A DNA stretch of 64,000 nt from Felis catus (Eukaryota), in assembly GCF_018350175.1 (NCBI RefSeq), contig NC_058368.1, positions 161,450,001 through 161,514,000 of the forward strand. The letters run 5' to 3'. This document shows positions 13,251 to 26,514 of the stretch, in pieces (positions within the stretch are counted from its first letter, which is position 1; each line of letters opens with the position of its first letter). The translations under genes and the position numbers were made by a program. The notes below the pieces were generated by a model that saw only the letters and a program-made list of their open reading frames with translations, was not told where the DNA came from and ran no database searches.

Positions 13251-13959
13251 CGAATGCTTTAAAAGCAGTCAAGTCCAGTAATTTTTTTCGATGCATAGGC
13301 CCTCTAGATTTTGTTTCAACTACGTTTTTAAGACATAATTCACAACAGAAATTTATATATTTTTTTCTAAGCATATATAGTCAAAAAAGCATCTTCCAAA
13401 GGTTCTAAACTCATTGTTTCCTAATGCTTCTCTACATTGTTCTCGTTTACCTCATTATTTCCCTTAAGGTTTTGTGAGGAATGTATGTTGGCACATTTTC
13501 TTCTCACTTATTTTTTGATTAATCTGTTTCTTCCTTTTGTATTCAATGAATTTTTCATACCACCATCAATTTAGTATACTTTACACATTTCATTGATGTG
13601 CTGATCTATCAGGTCATTAATGGAACCATGAGGAAGTTACTAAATAATTTACTGCTTTGCTTGAAAGAGCCCAAGTTTTCTGACCCTTGGGGTATAGTGG
13701 AAGATCCATCTGTTTGTTAAACATATGCCAGATGAAGCAGCAGGCTCAGGATCCCAGATTTGAGTCCCAGAGTGTTGTAAATAAGCATAAGTATTATTTT
13801 GGTGCCAGAAACAACAGAATAAAAAATCACAAGCTAAATAATATCTTTTTATCAAATTATTTTCTAAGCACATTACGAATTAATACCAACTCTTTTCACA
13901 ATGAAAGTCTAGCATTACCTTTAGAAACTGAATTTTTTAATCCTGGTTTTTGAAATAAG

Positions 13960-14330
13960 AAAATGTTCATCATAAAAATTTTGGAAAATGCACATTTAGA
14001 GCCCACAAATTTAAAATAATCTGATAGCCTATCATTGTAACATGTTGTATATGCACACACATATTCAAACATGAAAATGCCTAACTACATATATAAAATG
14101 TTTTATAAATGGCTATTTTTTAATTTGGAAAATTAATATATGTTCAACTTAGTAGCTTTTAACATAATTATTTTTACTGACTGTACACATTCTATTCTGC
14201 AGAATAGTGTGATATATTTAATCAAACCCTTTTGTCAATCATTTTCATTTTTTATTTGTATTAACAATGCTAAAATATCTTTGTATATATATCTCTACAT
14301 ACACCTCACTGTTTAGAATGAATTAGAGAA
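13960..14330 (-). mobile_element. Ancient L1ME-like 3' region
   Basis: tttttactgactgtacacattctattctg...tttaatcaaaccct...ttaacaatgct. Confidence 0.55.
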
Positions 14331-14339
14331 CTCATGAAA

Positions 14340-16345
14340 TTAGTTTAAGTACACAAGCATAACTGTTCTTACTTCCACAAATACATAGAACCAGTTTATG
14401 AGATGATAAAAGAGTATCACAGTGCTAAAAATAAAATACAAAAAAAGAAAGATTTTACAAGTTACGATCAGAAATGAAGCCCTATAGCCCTGAGCTCAGA
14501 AGTAGGAGTTGAGTCTAAAATTTAAACGTTTGCGTATGAAAACAGACAGCATAGCTCATGCCTGAGTCCCAAAGCCAGGCTAGCTACATGAATGAAGCTG
14601 GTAAAATTTTGCCCACTTGTAGAACAAACAGACTGCTTGTATGTGGTGGAGGGAGTAAAAAGAAGTAGCAGTACAAGTTCAACGCTGGCCAACTTAATGC
14701 TGGTTTTAAGAAAGAAATACTGTCCTTTAGTGTTACAAACATTTGGTTGACCTATTTAAGAACTGTGGAACCCTTGGGCTGGGCTGAGATAACCTCAGAA
14801 AATACTGCACACGGAGGAGTGGTCTTGTGGAAAAGAGAAATATTCCAATGCAAGATGAGTTTTCAAGGTAAGAGTTACTGACTTAAAAGATAAGGTAAGT
14901 CTCACATTAAACAGTCCAGAGTGGGAATTTTACTGGTGTGACACATACAGTTGTTCAATGACCTGGACTTGTAGGTGGTTGTTCCATCTTTGTACTTGGC
15001 TTCAGGATTGCTCCTATTACCATCTTGAAGATGACAGGAAAATGGGAAGAGCATGGGAAAACATGGGTGAGAGATTTATGAGCCACATGTGGAGGTGGCA
15101 CATGCTGCTTTTACTGAGAATCTGCTCCCAAGACATCTAGGAGTTTCAGACTCCATGAATTGTGGAATAAAAGCACGTAGTTCTTAATAACAGAGTAATA
15201 TAAAAATTAACCAGTTAAAATGTTGGAATTAAAATTTAATAGTTGATATTGTAAATTTTAATAGAAAAGCTCTATAGTAAACTAGGCACATAGAAATATA
15301 TAATCAGAAATATAAAACTGAGAAAATCTTGTAGAATTTTAGAACAGAAAGGAGAGAAGAAAACTCAACAAGTATGCTATTGAACTTCTAGGAGCAGCAC
15401 AGAGAACTAATTGGAGAGATACAATTCAGACTTATAATGGCTAAAATTTTTGAGACTCGAAGAAACCTGAGAGTACTCAACAAATAATAAGGCAAGTGGA
15501 ACAGAAAATGAAATATACACTTCATACATTCTAATAAAGCTACTTAATATCAAGGACATATTGAAAAACTCAAAACTACCCAAGAAAAAAGAATGATAAC
15601 TAAGAACAACAAAAATAACAAAACAAAATGCTGAATTGTAGCAGACATCATCTATAATAAAAAAATTTCAGAAGACAATAGAAATTTATTTTAAAACTTC
15701 TAAGGGGCAATTGTTATAAGCCTCAAATTTTCTATCAATCTTTTACCCACAAGTGAAAATCACACAAAGATGTGTATAAGCAACACATGACTAAGAGTTT
15801 GAAAGCTGTGGGAAGTCTAGGGAAGAAATACTTAATAAGCTTGTTTAATATTGAAGACTAATCACCGAGTTTAGAAATGGAACGTATAACATAATGTGTA
15901 ATGGGGGAAAAGGAGGAACTTATGAATTTAAAAAAGGTAAAAGAAAAAGGAAGCAAAAGCAGCATGGCATATATCACAGACTGCAAAAGTTAGACCAAAT
16001 GCATATTAGTATTAATATCCACAATAAAGATAAATGACATAAACTTACTGTTTCTGAGAAACACAAGATTAGAATTATATAACTATTTCTCATTAAAAGC
16101 TGAACACCTGTTGCAAAAGAATATAAATAAAAGGGTGGAAAAGAATTCACTAGATAAAGACGAGCGAAAGCAAATTTATATGAAAAATAGAATTTAAGGG
16201 AAATTAAGATATAAATAAAGGACGTTACTTCATGTTAAAAGGAAAATAATATCAATCATAAAATTGTATTTAAAGCACAGCCTAGAAAAATTCAAAGTAA
16301 AAACTGCAGATTAGAGGAGAAAAATTAATAATCATATTGCATTTT
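14340..16345 (+). mobile_element. Ancient L1M 5'UTR/ORF1/ORF2-start remnant with an MLT1-like insert at about 14910-15130
   Basis: A-rich degenerate ORF1 text (ataatggctaaaattttt, gcagacatcatc, agcctcaaattttctatc) and endonuclease-start text at about 16000-16340. Confidence 0.55.
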
Positions 16346-16399
16346 CTATATCCATTTATAAATATAAAAGGTAAATAAAATATACCACTTTTTCCCATA

Positions 16400-18130
16400 T
16401 TTAACCAGTGTTCCAGTGGAGTGGTGTGACATGAAAGATCCTTTAACTTCCAAACAACTATATCGTAGCTGTGACACACGCAGGCATTGCTGTCTCACAT
16501 AAGGTAGTGGCAGTCTCTGAGGATAACCCCTCCCAAGTAAATAAGACATGAACTGGTGCTAGAGATGCAGACAGTAAGTAGAGGCACGGCAGATATGAGT
16601 AGCATAAAAACAGTCTAAATACTGAGTGTGGAGCCGGAATCAAGGTGGAAACTGAGGCTAGGACTTCTTAGTGAAATCGTTCACCTGAAAGTGGTTAGAG
16701 AGCTACCCATGTAGCCTCCCAGCTACTCAAAGAAGCAGAAGCAAAGCTTCTGCACTGTGAAGGTAACAATCAACAAAACTAAGAAACAGTCAACAAAACT
16801 AAAAGGCAACCGAGGGAATGGGAAAAGATATTTGCAAATGACATATCAGACAAAGGACTAGTATCCAAAATCTATAAAGAACTCACCAAACTCCACACCC
16901 GAAAAACAAATAATCCAGTGAAGAAATGGGCAGAAAACTTGAATAGACACTTCTCTAAAGAAGACATCCAGATGGCCAACAGGCACGTGAAAAGATGCTC
17001 AACGTCACTCCTCATCAGGGAAATACAAATCAAAACCACACTCACATATCACCTCACGCCAGTCAGAGTGGCCAAAATGAACAAATCAGGAGACTATAGA
17101 TGCTAGAGAGGATGTGGAGAAATGGGAACCCTCTTGCACTGTTTGTGGGAATGCAAACTGGTGCAGCCGCTCTGGAAAACAGTGTGGAGGTTCCTCAAAA
17201 ATTAAAAATATATCTACCCTATGACCCAGCAATAGCACTGCTCAGAATTTACCCAAGGGATACAGGAGTGCTGATGCATAGGGGCACTTGCAACCCAATG
17301 TTTATAGCAGCACTTTCAACAATAGCCAAATTATGGAAAGCCTAAATGTCCATCAACTGATGAATGGATAAAAAAAATTGTCGTTTATATACACAATGGA
17401 ATACTACTTGGCAATGAGAAAGAGTGAAATATGGCCTTTTGTAGCAACGTGGATGGAACTGGAGAGTGTTATGCTAAGTGAAATAAGTCATAAAGAGAAA
17501 GACAGATAACCATATGTTTTCACTCTTGTGTGGATCCTGAGAAATTTAACAGAAGACCGTGGGAGAGGGGAAGGAAAAAAAAAAAGTTAGGGAGAGAGCC
17601 AAACCATAAGAGACTCTTAAAAACTGAGAATACTGAGGGTTGATGGGGAGTGGGAGGGAGGAGAGAGTGGGTGATTTGCATTGAGGGCACCTGTTGGGAT
17701 GAGCACTGGGTGTTGTATGGAAACCAATTTGACAATAAATTTAATATTTAAAAAAAAAAAACAAGCAAATCTCTTGAGGAAAGCTTTCCCTGTTTAACCC
17801 ACAGGACTCCCATAGATTACAATAAAGCCATGAGCTCACAAAGATAATAAAATATAGGAGTTGTGAAGGCAACATATGTAACAGAAATAAAGTATGTTTA
17901 CTAGAGGCTGAACAAAAAGCAAGAGAATATAGGAGGCTTTGCACTAAATAGTAGGACAATCACAAAGAACAAGAAACAAATGATTAATAGAAATGTAGAG
18001 GCAAATGGAAAGAAAAATGAAACTCATATAAATGGAAAACAATATAGTTTTAGAACTAGAATATCAGTATATTGAGCAGTAGAATACACATAGCTAAAAC
18101 TAGAAAATATATCCAAAGAAATTACCTGGT
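16400..18130 (+). mobile_element. HAL1/L1M 5' region split by the young L1 at 16743-17760
   Basis: agaagcagaagcaaa|...|aagcaaatctcttgaggaaag continuity, followed by ORF1-like A-rich text. Confidence 0.45.
16743..17760 (+). mobile_element. 5'-truncated felid L1 (ORF2 C-terminus, 3'UTR, polyA)
   Basis: [40 protein letters not shown]; 3'UTR ending aaaccaatttgacaataaatt followed by A-tail. Confidence 0.95.
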
Positions 18131-18159
18131 TGTGAAGTTCTGGACATTTTTTCAAAGTA

Positions 18160-18555
18160 TTACTAGCAGGATATGCTGATGAATTGGAGACATTTTTTCA
18201 AAGAAAGTAAGGAGCCTAGAATAAATCATTTTACTTTAGCAAATGGAAGGATAGAATGGCATTTAACTGAATTGGTTTGGAGGAGACAACCAATATTTCA
18301 CTTCAAGATGTGTTACATGATAGGTCTATTAGACATTGCTGTTATTGAGAAGGTAGTCAGAAATACAAGTCTGGAGATCAGAAAGAGGTCCAGACTTCAG
18401 AGATACACTTGGGTGGTGTTTAAAGCAAGGGATGGAATGTGATTGCAGAAAACATAGATGTAACTTAGGTGGAGAAGATTGAAGTTTCAAAGATCAAATC
18501 TTGTAGGACTCCCACACTAAGAGGTGAAGAGAATAGAGGGAGGAAAATGAATCTG
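18160..18555 (-). mobile_element. L2 fragment
   Basis: agcaaatggaaggatagaatggcatttaactga; aaatacaagtctggagatcagaaagaggtc. Confidence 0.75.
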
Positions 18556-18604
18556 AAATTTTTAGATAAGTTGCAGTTATATGGACAGAAATGTTTTCTG
18601 CTGA

Positions 18605-18695
18605 GAATAATCTAGTGAGAATTTCTGAGTTTGAGTTTAGGTTTCATTCTGACCAGGTGGCTGACCTTAGGCAAGTTACTTAGTCACTGTAAGGA
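18605..18695 (+). mobile_element. MIR 5' fragment
   Basis: ctgaccttaggcaagttacttag. Confidence 0.65.
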
Positions 18696-18709
18696 ACTCA
18701 TCACTAACT

Positions 18710-19046
18710 GATTTTTCACATACCTACTCAGGTCCAGCTGTGATTTAGGTTCAACTTAAATATCACTTCCTCATAGAGGTCTCCTTCCTGTATGCATATT
18801 CCCCATCATTCAGCCAGTTATTCCCTATTACCACATCCTGTTTGTTTCATTTGCTTTATCTGAGTCTAAAATTAGCTTATGTATTTACTTATATGAGTTT
18901 TAAGTCTCCTTCCCTCTCACCACCACACAGAAACATATACTACATATAGATAACTTTTTTGCCTCATTCATTATTTTGTTTTCAACTCCTAGCATGGTGT
19001 CTGGCACATAGAACAGGAGCAATAAATAACCATGACATAAGTGAAT
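18710..19046 (+). mobile_element. L2 3' end
   Basis: tcaacttaaatatcacttcctcatagagg; cctagcatggtgtctggcacatag...caataaata. Confidence 0.8.
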
Positions 19047-20609
19047 TTACCAAAGATGAGACACACTGACCTGAAAATTTGCTTGTATTCTAACAGATGC
19101 TCCACTCACTAAGTCAATTAATTTACATTATCGGGGAGAATTAAATATTTAGTAAGTTGCTTAAAAAATGCTCCTCAATTTTCCAAAAGAAAACAGTTTT
19201 GTATTTTTAGAAGTGTATTTTGTGAATTCTGTATCCCTTATCCTTTCAAGCCACATATACTTATTAGTTCCAGGCATTTTTAAATATTGGACAAAAACTT
19301 CCGTACCATCTACATCAGAGAAACAATAGTTCCAGAGAGACTGTAGGGGAATTATCCCTCCCTAAAACACAGGCACTTCATGCCCTTCCTTTTGTATTCT
19401 GAAACATGTCATAGATAGGTTTCAGTTGTTTTTCTACTCATGAGGTATTTGCATATGCCTTTAGAAGTGAAATGTTATTACATGAACCATCATGTCTAAA
19501 TTCCTACAAGAAGTTTTTTGAGTTGTCCGTATCCTCTATCCCCTTTTGCCGCATATGTTGTTAATTGCCTACAGTTTCTGTCCTTTTACCTAGAAGTATA
19601 ATAAGGAATCTCTTTCTGTTTCTGCTAATCAGTCTCTATAAATACATTGGAAAGGAACAGTGATAACTTCTGAATGATGGGATTTAATGAAATTACAGAT
19701 ATAAATATGTGCATTTTATTTTTATAAGAACTTATAGAAACAGGAATTTTATCAAGGTGTCATAATTAGAAATCACTAAGCTTTTTTCTTAAAAAGGCAG
19801 TTCCTACAGGCAATCAAAACATTCTCACAGAGAAACTGCAGTTTCTTAGCAAAGATTATAAATGCTGTATTTGCAGCTTCCTAAGTGACCACCCAATCAC
19901 GTAAGTTATTTAAAGACCACCATCTTGACTTTTATAGCTAAATAAACTCTGAACACTGTGTTCTCTTCCATGTCAGTGCCATAGATTTACGATCTCCTCA
20001 TCTCAGCATAGAAGAGCTTTTTAATTTGCCCATGAATTTAAGGATCTCTGGTTGTATTGTTTATTAGAAATAAATTCAGCAAGAATGAAGAACCTTTGAG
20101 GTTTCCTTCTGGAGTTTTCTTTGAACAGATGTATGGCACATTCATTTTTTAAAAATATATTTCTGGCATGATACAGATATTTTCTTATTTTTACATTAAT
20201 TTGTTAAAGTGACTATAATTATTATAAAAGTGATATTATTAAGCTATTATGATTTTATTAAGGAGTTTATAATTTCCATTGAAAACAAATTATGTCACCA
20301 AGTTATATACATTTATTTCATCTTCCTTTATGGTAATGAGTTTTATGAGCCAGTATTTATACCATAGGAAATACATAAATAACTTTGAATTTCTCTTAAA
20401 ATACATGTTAAACATAGTATAATTTAGGCAGCAGTATTTCTGACCTTTCATTTTTGGCAAATGAAATTTGCCATATTTATCAGAAAACTTAATTGATATG
20501 TTTAAGAAAGCACTTCTGAATGTAGTCAATACAATAATTTCATATGTATTCAACATTTAGATAGTAACATAACTATTTTGTGATATATCCTGATATGTAA
20601 ATGGATATT

Positions 20610-21516
20610 TTTCTTGTCTTTCCTCTTTTGTTTGTGTCATGATGGATTCATGTATTTTTATTTATTCAGTGTTTCACCTTCAAGAGTAGCCACTTGTGAT
20701 GCTTTAATTGGCCAGTGAGGAGGGGCTTTCAATTGGACTTTTATGTCCTTTTGACAACTTTTCCCTTCAGGCTTCTTTTTATTCTTCCACAACAGAAGTC
20801 CCAAGGACATGTTGTGTTTTCTCTTCTAATCCTAGAATACGTCCAAGAGACCTGGTTTATTTAAGTAGGTATATGGAAACCAAGATCCAGGTTTCTGGGT
20901 TTTAGGGCTAATTAGTGCTACTTCAGTGGCTTAAAAACCATATGTTCAGGGTCACCTGGGTGACTTAGTTATTTAAGCGTCCAACTCTTGATTTCGGCTC
21001 TTATGGTTTGTGAGATTGAGCCCTGCATCAGGCTCTGTGCTGACAGCATAGAGCCTGCCTGGTATTCTTTCTTTCCCTCTCTCAGAGCTCCTCTTCCACT
21101 CTTTCTCTCTCTCTCTCAAATTAAATAAATAAACATTTTTTTTAAAAAGCATGTTCTTATTGACATGTCTAACTTAAATTTAACATGGCAGAATATTTCT
21201 TAACTTCTTTAATTTTATAATTTAGTCTCTTTTCTATTTTATGAAAAACCTCAGTCACCAATATCACTAATGCACTTATTTGATTTAGCCTGCAATTTGA
21301 TTATAATTGTTGCAAAATTATAATACCACTATGTATGCTTTTTACTAACCATTATTTTTACTAACAATAAAGCTACTGAGAGAAGTTTAACATTTCTTTT
21401 TATTCTTAAAGACATTTCACTAATGATGTACAGTTAGAGTTGTGCTCAAAGCTGCATGTCCCCACCTCTCCCCACAGTAGTTATGTTACTAATTTGATAT
21501 ATAGTTAAGTTTCACT
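20610..21516 (-). mobile_element. L1MC4/5-like 3' region interrupted by a CanSINE
   Basis: atggattcatgtatttttatttattcagtg, ttggccagtgagg, tccaagagacctggttt, gaaaccaagatc. Confidence 0.7.
20949..21145 (+). mobile_element. CanSINE
   Basis: gggtcacctgggtgacttag head, CT-rich region, aataaataaac tail. Confidence 0.9.
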
Positions 21517-21519
21517 CAA

Positions 21520-23808
21520 GTAATTCCAGCTCCACTCTTCCTGCTTCCCACATTAGGGTTTCTCCTCCAGTCTCACCTTGCCAATATCTGGCTTGGGTAA
21601 TCTTGATCATTTGTTTTCTCTCTTTGTGTGACACAGCTGACTTATTGAGCAGACAACAACCATCCTTATTAAGTTCAATATATGTTGATGTTTTGAACCT
21701 GAACAGACCCCTTACTTATGTTTTATGATGATTTTTATTCATCTATGGCTGAATTCCATTCATGTTTTCTAATATTCCCTTCTAGGTGTTTCCCTATTTA
21801 TGGTTTCAATGAAATTCTTATGTATAACAATGACTTTGTTTTGGTTTATCAAAATGAAGCCAATAGTGTGACCAATATTTAGAATCTTTACGTTTGGGAA
21901 TTTGAAATGATCTCTGAATTAATCTTCTTTCTTGTATATTTAGAGATTTTAATGTGTTCTATCACTTAAAGTCAAGTCTATAGGGCTACTTGGAATCTCC
22001 TGTGTCATACAGTGAGTGACAAATGGGCTGAGTCAACATGTATAAGTGTGGTATGCATTGCTTCCAAAACTGTAAAGTGACCAATGAAGCACTGTAATTC
22101 TATCCTAGTGATAGGATGGATATAGTACAATGACTTTCTTTATACTTTGGTGGATGCTGTACTGGCATTCCCAGACCACTGAATAACTAAAATCTTCACC
22201 AACGGCAGCTTCTTGAATTTTTAGATTTTTTCACATTCTGACATGTGTCTTTCCAAGCCATCAATAATACTTACTACTTTCTTCTTCCCATTAATACAGA
22301 GCTATGGTTATATTCTGTGCAATATCCAGAAAATGAATACCTTTCGAATTGTATTACATTAGCAGGATAGTTAGTAAAACTTAGCAGCGAGACCATGAAT
22401 GTATATTATTGTATGTTCTAAGTGGATTACATTTCTGAATCTCCTTCCTTATAGGATTGAAAATAAAGCATTTGGCAATTTCTGGCTGTATACTAAGTAT
22501 AAGAGGTTGTGCTGATCTATTCACATAAAGATACTACATTTATCCCAGTAGCTAAGATTGAGTGACCACCCAGTTAAGTTTATGGTAGTCCCTCATGATC
22601 TGCCAAATTCATCCCAATTTTTGTAGAGGCCAGATTGATGAATAAAAAAAAAAGGGGGGGGATATGATGGGAACCACCAACAATCTTGGCACTGATCTGT
22701 ACCCTTTTACTTGGAATGCAGAATTGCTTCTGGTTTTTAATCTTGGTAGAGGAGAGGACAATTTCATGGTCTTTCTCTTGGCTTTTCATACCCAAAAGTC
22801 AAGGACTATCATAAGGATTCAGCCATCTGCTAACCATATGCACTTCAATTCTGGTTTCAGAGTTTGGGAAAATGATTACAGGATAGATTCATAGGCATTT
22901 GAACCTAATATGAGTAGAACTTGGGTCATGATTCCATCTACCATATAGCATCTCTATGCTGCCATGCTAATAGGAGAACTCTAATGCTAGTTTGGACACG
23001 AGTATTAGTTTTAGCTCAAATTCTGAATCCAACTGCCTTCAAAAACTCTTGCTATTCCTCTTGCCTCAGTATACTAGTACTTGGGTACTCTTACTTATGT
23101 AAATTAACTTAGTGTGATTTGGGGAAGTCTTGAAATCATTATCACATGCACTTGTCATGATGTTGTAAGAGTTCTCCCCTGCATGATATCTAGGCAAAAG
23201 GAAACTACTATCTTCTAGAAAGGGTACAGGCCACATTTGCATGCTTAGAGGATATAATGTAACAGAGGGTTCAAGGTTAGAATTTACTTTCAGATATTTT
23301 TTCCTAAGTCTCAGTGTCTCACTAATTCCATGTTAGGGCCCTGATTTTAGCCTGGGAGACTTGTTAAGTCTGTGAATTAAAACCTCTTTGTAATTCTTTT
23401 ACTGCAACAATTGGTCTTGGGCTTGACGGTCTTCCCAGTTTACCCTCCTGGTGCAGATTATGTTTCCTTTATTAAACATTCTGGCTTTTCCATCATGGCC
23501 TATGTTGACTGTTGGCTGGGTTGACCCTGCCTCTTTGTTCTTTTAGTAACCATTCAATTCTGCAGTCTTTCAAGTTATTATCATTTCTCCCAGATAGTAG
23601 AGACATTGCATAAATCAGCACTTCCTTTTTTAACTGTATCATATTCACTTCACCACAGTAATAATGCTACTTGTAGACAGCCTGCCGATTTATATCACCC
23701 AATTTAAAAACGGCTATGGGGTTTTAATTGTCATCTGAGTGGTGTTTTTTTTCCAATTTTAGAATTTTATCCTGAAGATCTGATGTTTAGGAAAATTTCT
23801 GATACCAA
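21520..23808 (-). mobile_element. ERVL-class (ERV3-16A3_I-like) internal region with decayed gag/pro/RT
   Basis: Minus strand 22460-22680 reads VVPIISP..IWPLQK..WQIMRDYHKLNWVVT..ANALFSI across frameshifts, matching ERVL RT (VVIPTTSPFNSPIWPVQK..WRMTVDYRKLNQVVT..LANAFFSI); PBS-like TGGTATCAGAA at 23807-23797. Confidence 0.8.
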
Positions 23809-24035
23809 CTATCTTAAAATGAGTTTCCCCAGAAGCTGATTGTAATACAAGAGTTTCAGTATAATAGTTTATTTGGGAAGTTCAAAAACCACTATTAGGG
23901 ATTGAAGAAGTGGTTCAAAGAAAGAAAAGCAGCTAAGGTGCATTTCAAAGTGAAGCTACTTAAGCTTAATCTCACAAGGAAATTGTGGAGAAAAAAAATC
24001 AAGATGAGTGGCTCCCAGACCTTCCTGTAAGTAGA
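23809..24035 (-). mobile_element. LTR16-like 5' LTR (partial)
   Basis: gagtttccccagaagctga...caagagtttcagtataatagtttatttgggaag, directly next to the PBS. Confidence 0.7.
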
Positions 24036-24136
24036 ATTATAGTATCCTCAACAGTTTCCCTATCATACTCAGATACAGTCTGGATGTAAGACAGGATCCA
24101 TGTTTCAGTATTAACTAGTATATTCACATGTTCAAA

Positions 24137-24153
24137 TTTTTTAAATATTTATT

Positions 24154-24187
<34 letters not shown>

Positions 24188-24336
24188 TCAGTTGTGGATG
24201 GTGGAGGGACAGAAGATCCAAAGTAGGCACTGTGCCAGCAGCAGAGAGACCACTCTGGGTCTTGAACTCATGAACTGTGAGATCATGACCTGAGCCAAAG
24301 TCAGACACTTAACTGACTGAGCCACCCAAACGCCCC
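24137..24336 (-). mobile_element. CanSINE A of a three-SINE cluster
   Basis: Ends gccacccaaacgcccc; (GA)n. Confidence 0.92.
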
Positions 24337-24349
24337 TCAATGCATATTT

Positions 24350-24570
24350 ATTTATTTTTTTAATGTTTTTATTTATTTTTGAAGGAGAGAGAGAGAGAGA
24401 CAGAGCATGAGTGGGGAAGGAGCAGAGAGAGAGGGAGACACAGAATCAGAAGCAGGCTCCAGTCTCTGAGCTGTCAGCACAGATCCCGATGCGGGGCTCG
24501 AACCCACAAACTGTGAGATCATGACCTGGGCCAAAGCTGGCGCTCAACCGACTGAGCCACCCAGGTGTCC
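24350..24570 (-). mobile_element. CanSINE B
   Basis: TSD caatgcatattt at 24338-24349 and 24571-24582. Confidence 0.94.
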
Positions 24571-24672
24571 CAATGCATATTTCTGAATAGATACATAATA
24601 CAAAACATCTCCCCTTAGGATTGCTTGTTTTGTGACACATTTTTTGCTAAATTTACTTTCAGCATGTTTTAT

Positions 24673-24924
24673 TTTTTTTTTAATGTTTATGTATTATTTT
24701 TGAGAGACAGAGAGAGACAGAGAGAGAGGGAGACAGGGTAAGGGGCAAAGAGAGGGGAAAGGGACAGAGAGAGAGAGAGAGAGAGGGAGACACAGAATCC
24801 AAAGCAGTCTTCAGGCTCTGAGGGGTCAGCAAAGAGCCTGACGTGGGGTTCAAACCCATGAACCATGAGATCACAACCTGAGCCAAAGTCGGACGCTCAA
24901 CCAACTGAGCCACCCAGATGCCCC
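24673..24924 (-). mobile_element. CanSINE C
   Basis: Ends gccacccagatgcccc; degenerate TSD cagcatgtttta/cagaatatttta. Confidence 0.93.
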
Positions 24925-25274
24925 AGAATATTTTAAATTATGTTGACAAAGTACTTATAAGCAATAATTTTTGTAAATCTGTTATATAAATTTAATCATT
25001 GATTTTCAGATATTTATAGATATCTTATGTTTGCTTATTCAACATTGTGTGGGTTTGTAGTCACCTAATATCTGTGTTAAAACAAAATGTGTATGTATGT
25101 GGGTATCTGTACTTTATCTTAAATATAAGGTCTCTTACTTCATAATATGTCTTTCTTTAGAGTTAATTCTCTCACTGTTCATACATGATAGATCAGTGAA
25201 ATTGGATTATGTGTGATAAAGAGCTCAAGGGATAACATTGAACAGATCTGCAGAGATCTCACCACATTTGGCAT

Positions 25275-25427
25275 GGTTAATGAAAGAGCTTTTTAAGCCA
25301 CTCACATATTGTTTTAAATCCCATTTACATTACTTAAACTCTGTGCCTCCATTTATTAAGCTGCAAAATTGAAAAGCTTTTGTCTACAATACTAAGTTGT
25401 TGTAGGATGAAGTGAGCTTATATGTAC
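25275..25427 (+). mobile_element. MIR fragment
   Basis: ttacttaaactctgtgcctccatttattaagctgcaaaatt...gttgttgtaggatgaagtgag. Confidence 0.65.
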
Positions 25428-25599
25428 TTTTATATTTAACTACATCTTTACTTACCTTCACCTCTTTTCAACATGTGCACTTGAAACCAGTTTTTCCTTT
25501 CCTTATTGAGTGAGCAATTTCCAAATGAATTAATTAGTGAATGAACAAAGGAACTTTAAAGCATTTAGAGGGAAAACTCGCAGTAGTAATATCCAAAGA

Positions 25600-25820
25600 T
25601 AACTTTTAGATTGGGAAAAATATTACAATACATGTGATATTATAAAGAGTACTTTCCTTAGTATTCAAAATGTCCATACAAATTAAAAACATAAAAACAG
25701 ATGACACAGGAAAATGAGGGAAGGCTGTAAAAAGAAAATTCACCCAAGAGAAAATGCATACTATTAATAAACATATGGAAATATATTGAGTGTCTTCAAA
25801 GGGAAATTTAAGTAAAGCCT
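25600..25820 (+). mobile_element. Ancient L1M ORF2 3' fragment
   Basis: gattgggaaaaatattacaatacat...aaattcacccaagagaaaatgcat...aataaacatatggaaa. Confidence 0.6.
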
Positions 25821-25829
25821 TCTAATTTC

Positions 25830-26510
25830 TCACCAGTTATTTTAACTATTCCTCCTAAATATCTGTCAAATTGGTCCTGTTAATTCTACTCTCACTTCCC
25901 GGAATTGTATTCGTTTTCCCTTCGTCTCTTTCCTGTGTTAGTATAATAACAGCTTACTCGTGTTCTTTTTTCTAGCCTTCTGACTTGCAATGTAGGTTTG
26001 CCCACAAAAGTTTCTATAAAATGTGATCATCTCACCAACCTACTTTAAACTCATTAATGAGTACTTAGTAAACTTGATGTAAAGTTATTTCTCTGGAATT
26101 ATTTTCCAGTATGTGGTTAAACATACTTCTACCCTGACTTCCTATCCGTTCTATTTTCTTTTTTTTTAATTACTCAAACATACATATGCTGTGCTCCACA
26201 TGTTGTACTCTACTCCAGGAATATTCTCCCTACTTCTGCCTAGCTAATATAATTCTCATATCACTTCTTTCAGATGGGAAGACCGTGACCCCCCCAACCC
26301 CAAGTTATTTGTTTTTATTATGTGCTTCCATATCACCTATCAGAATGGTTACTCCATTGTAGTTATTTGTATTATTACTAATCACTTGCTTCCCTGATGT
26401 ATGAATTTTTCAAGTATAGGGACTATGGAAACAGTGTTTTAATCACCTTTAGTGTTTGTTCCACTGTGTAACATTTCCAACATATTGAATGGCATAATAA
26501 GTAATCTGTT
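25830..26510 (+). mobile_element. L2 3' portion
   Basis: tattcctcctaaatatct, aataacagcttac, atgtgatcatctcacc, ctgcctagctaat...atatcacttc. Confidence 0.65.
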
Positions 26511-26514
26511 ATGA

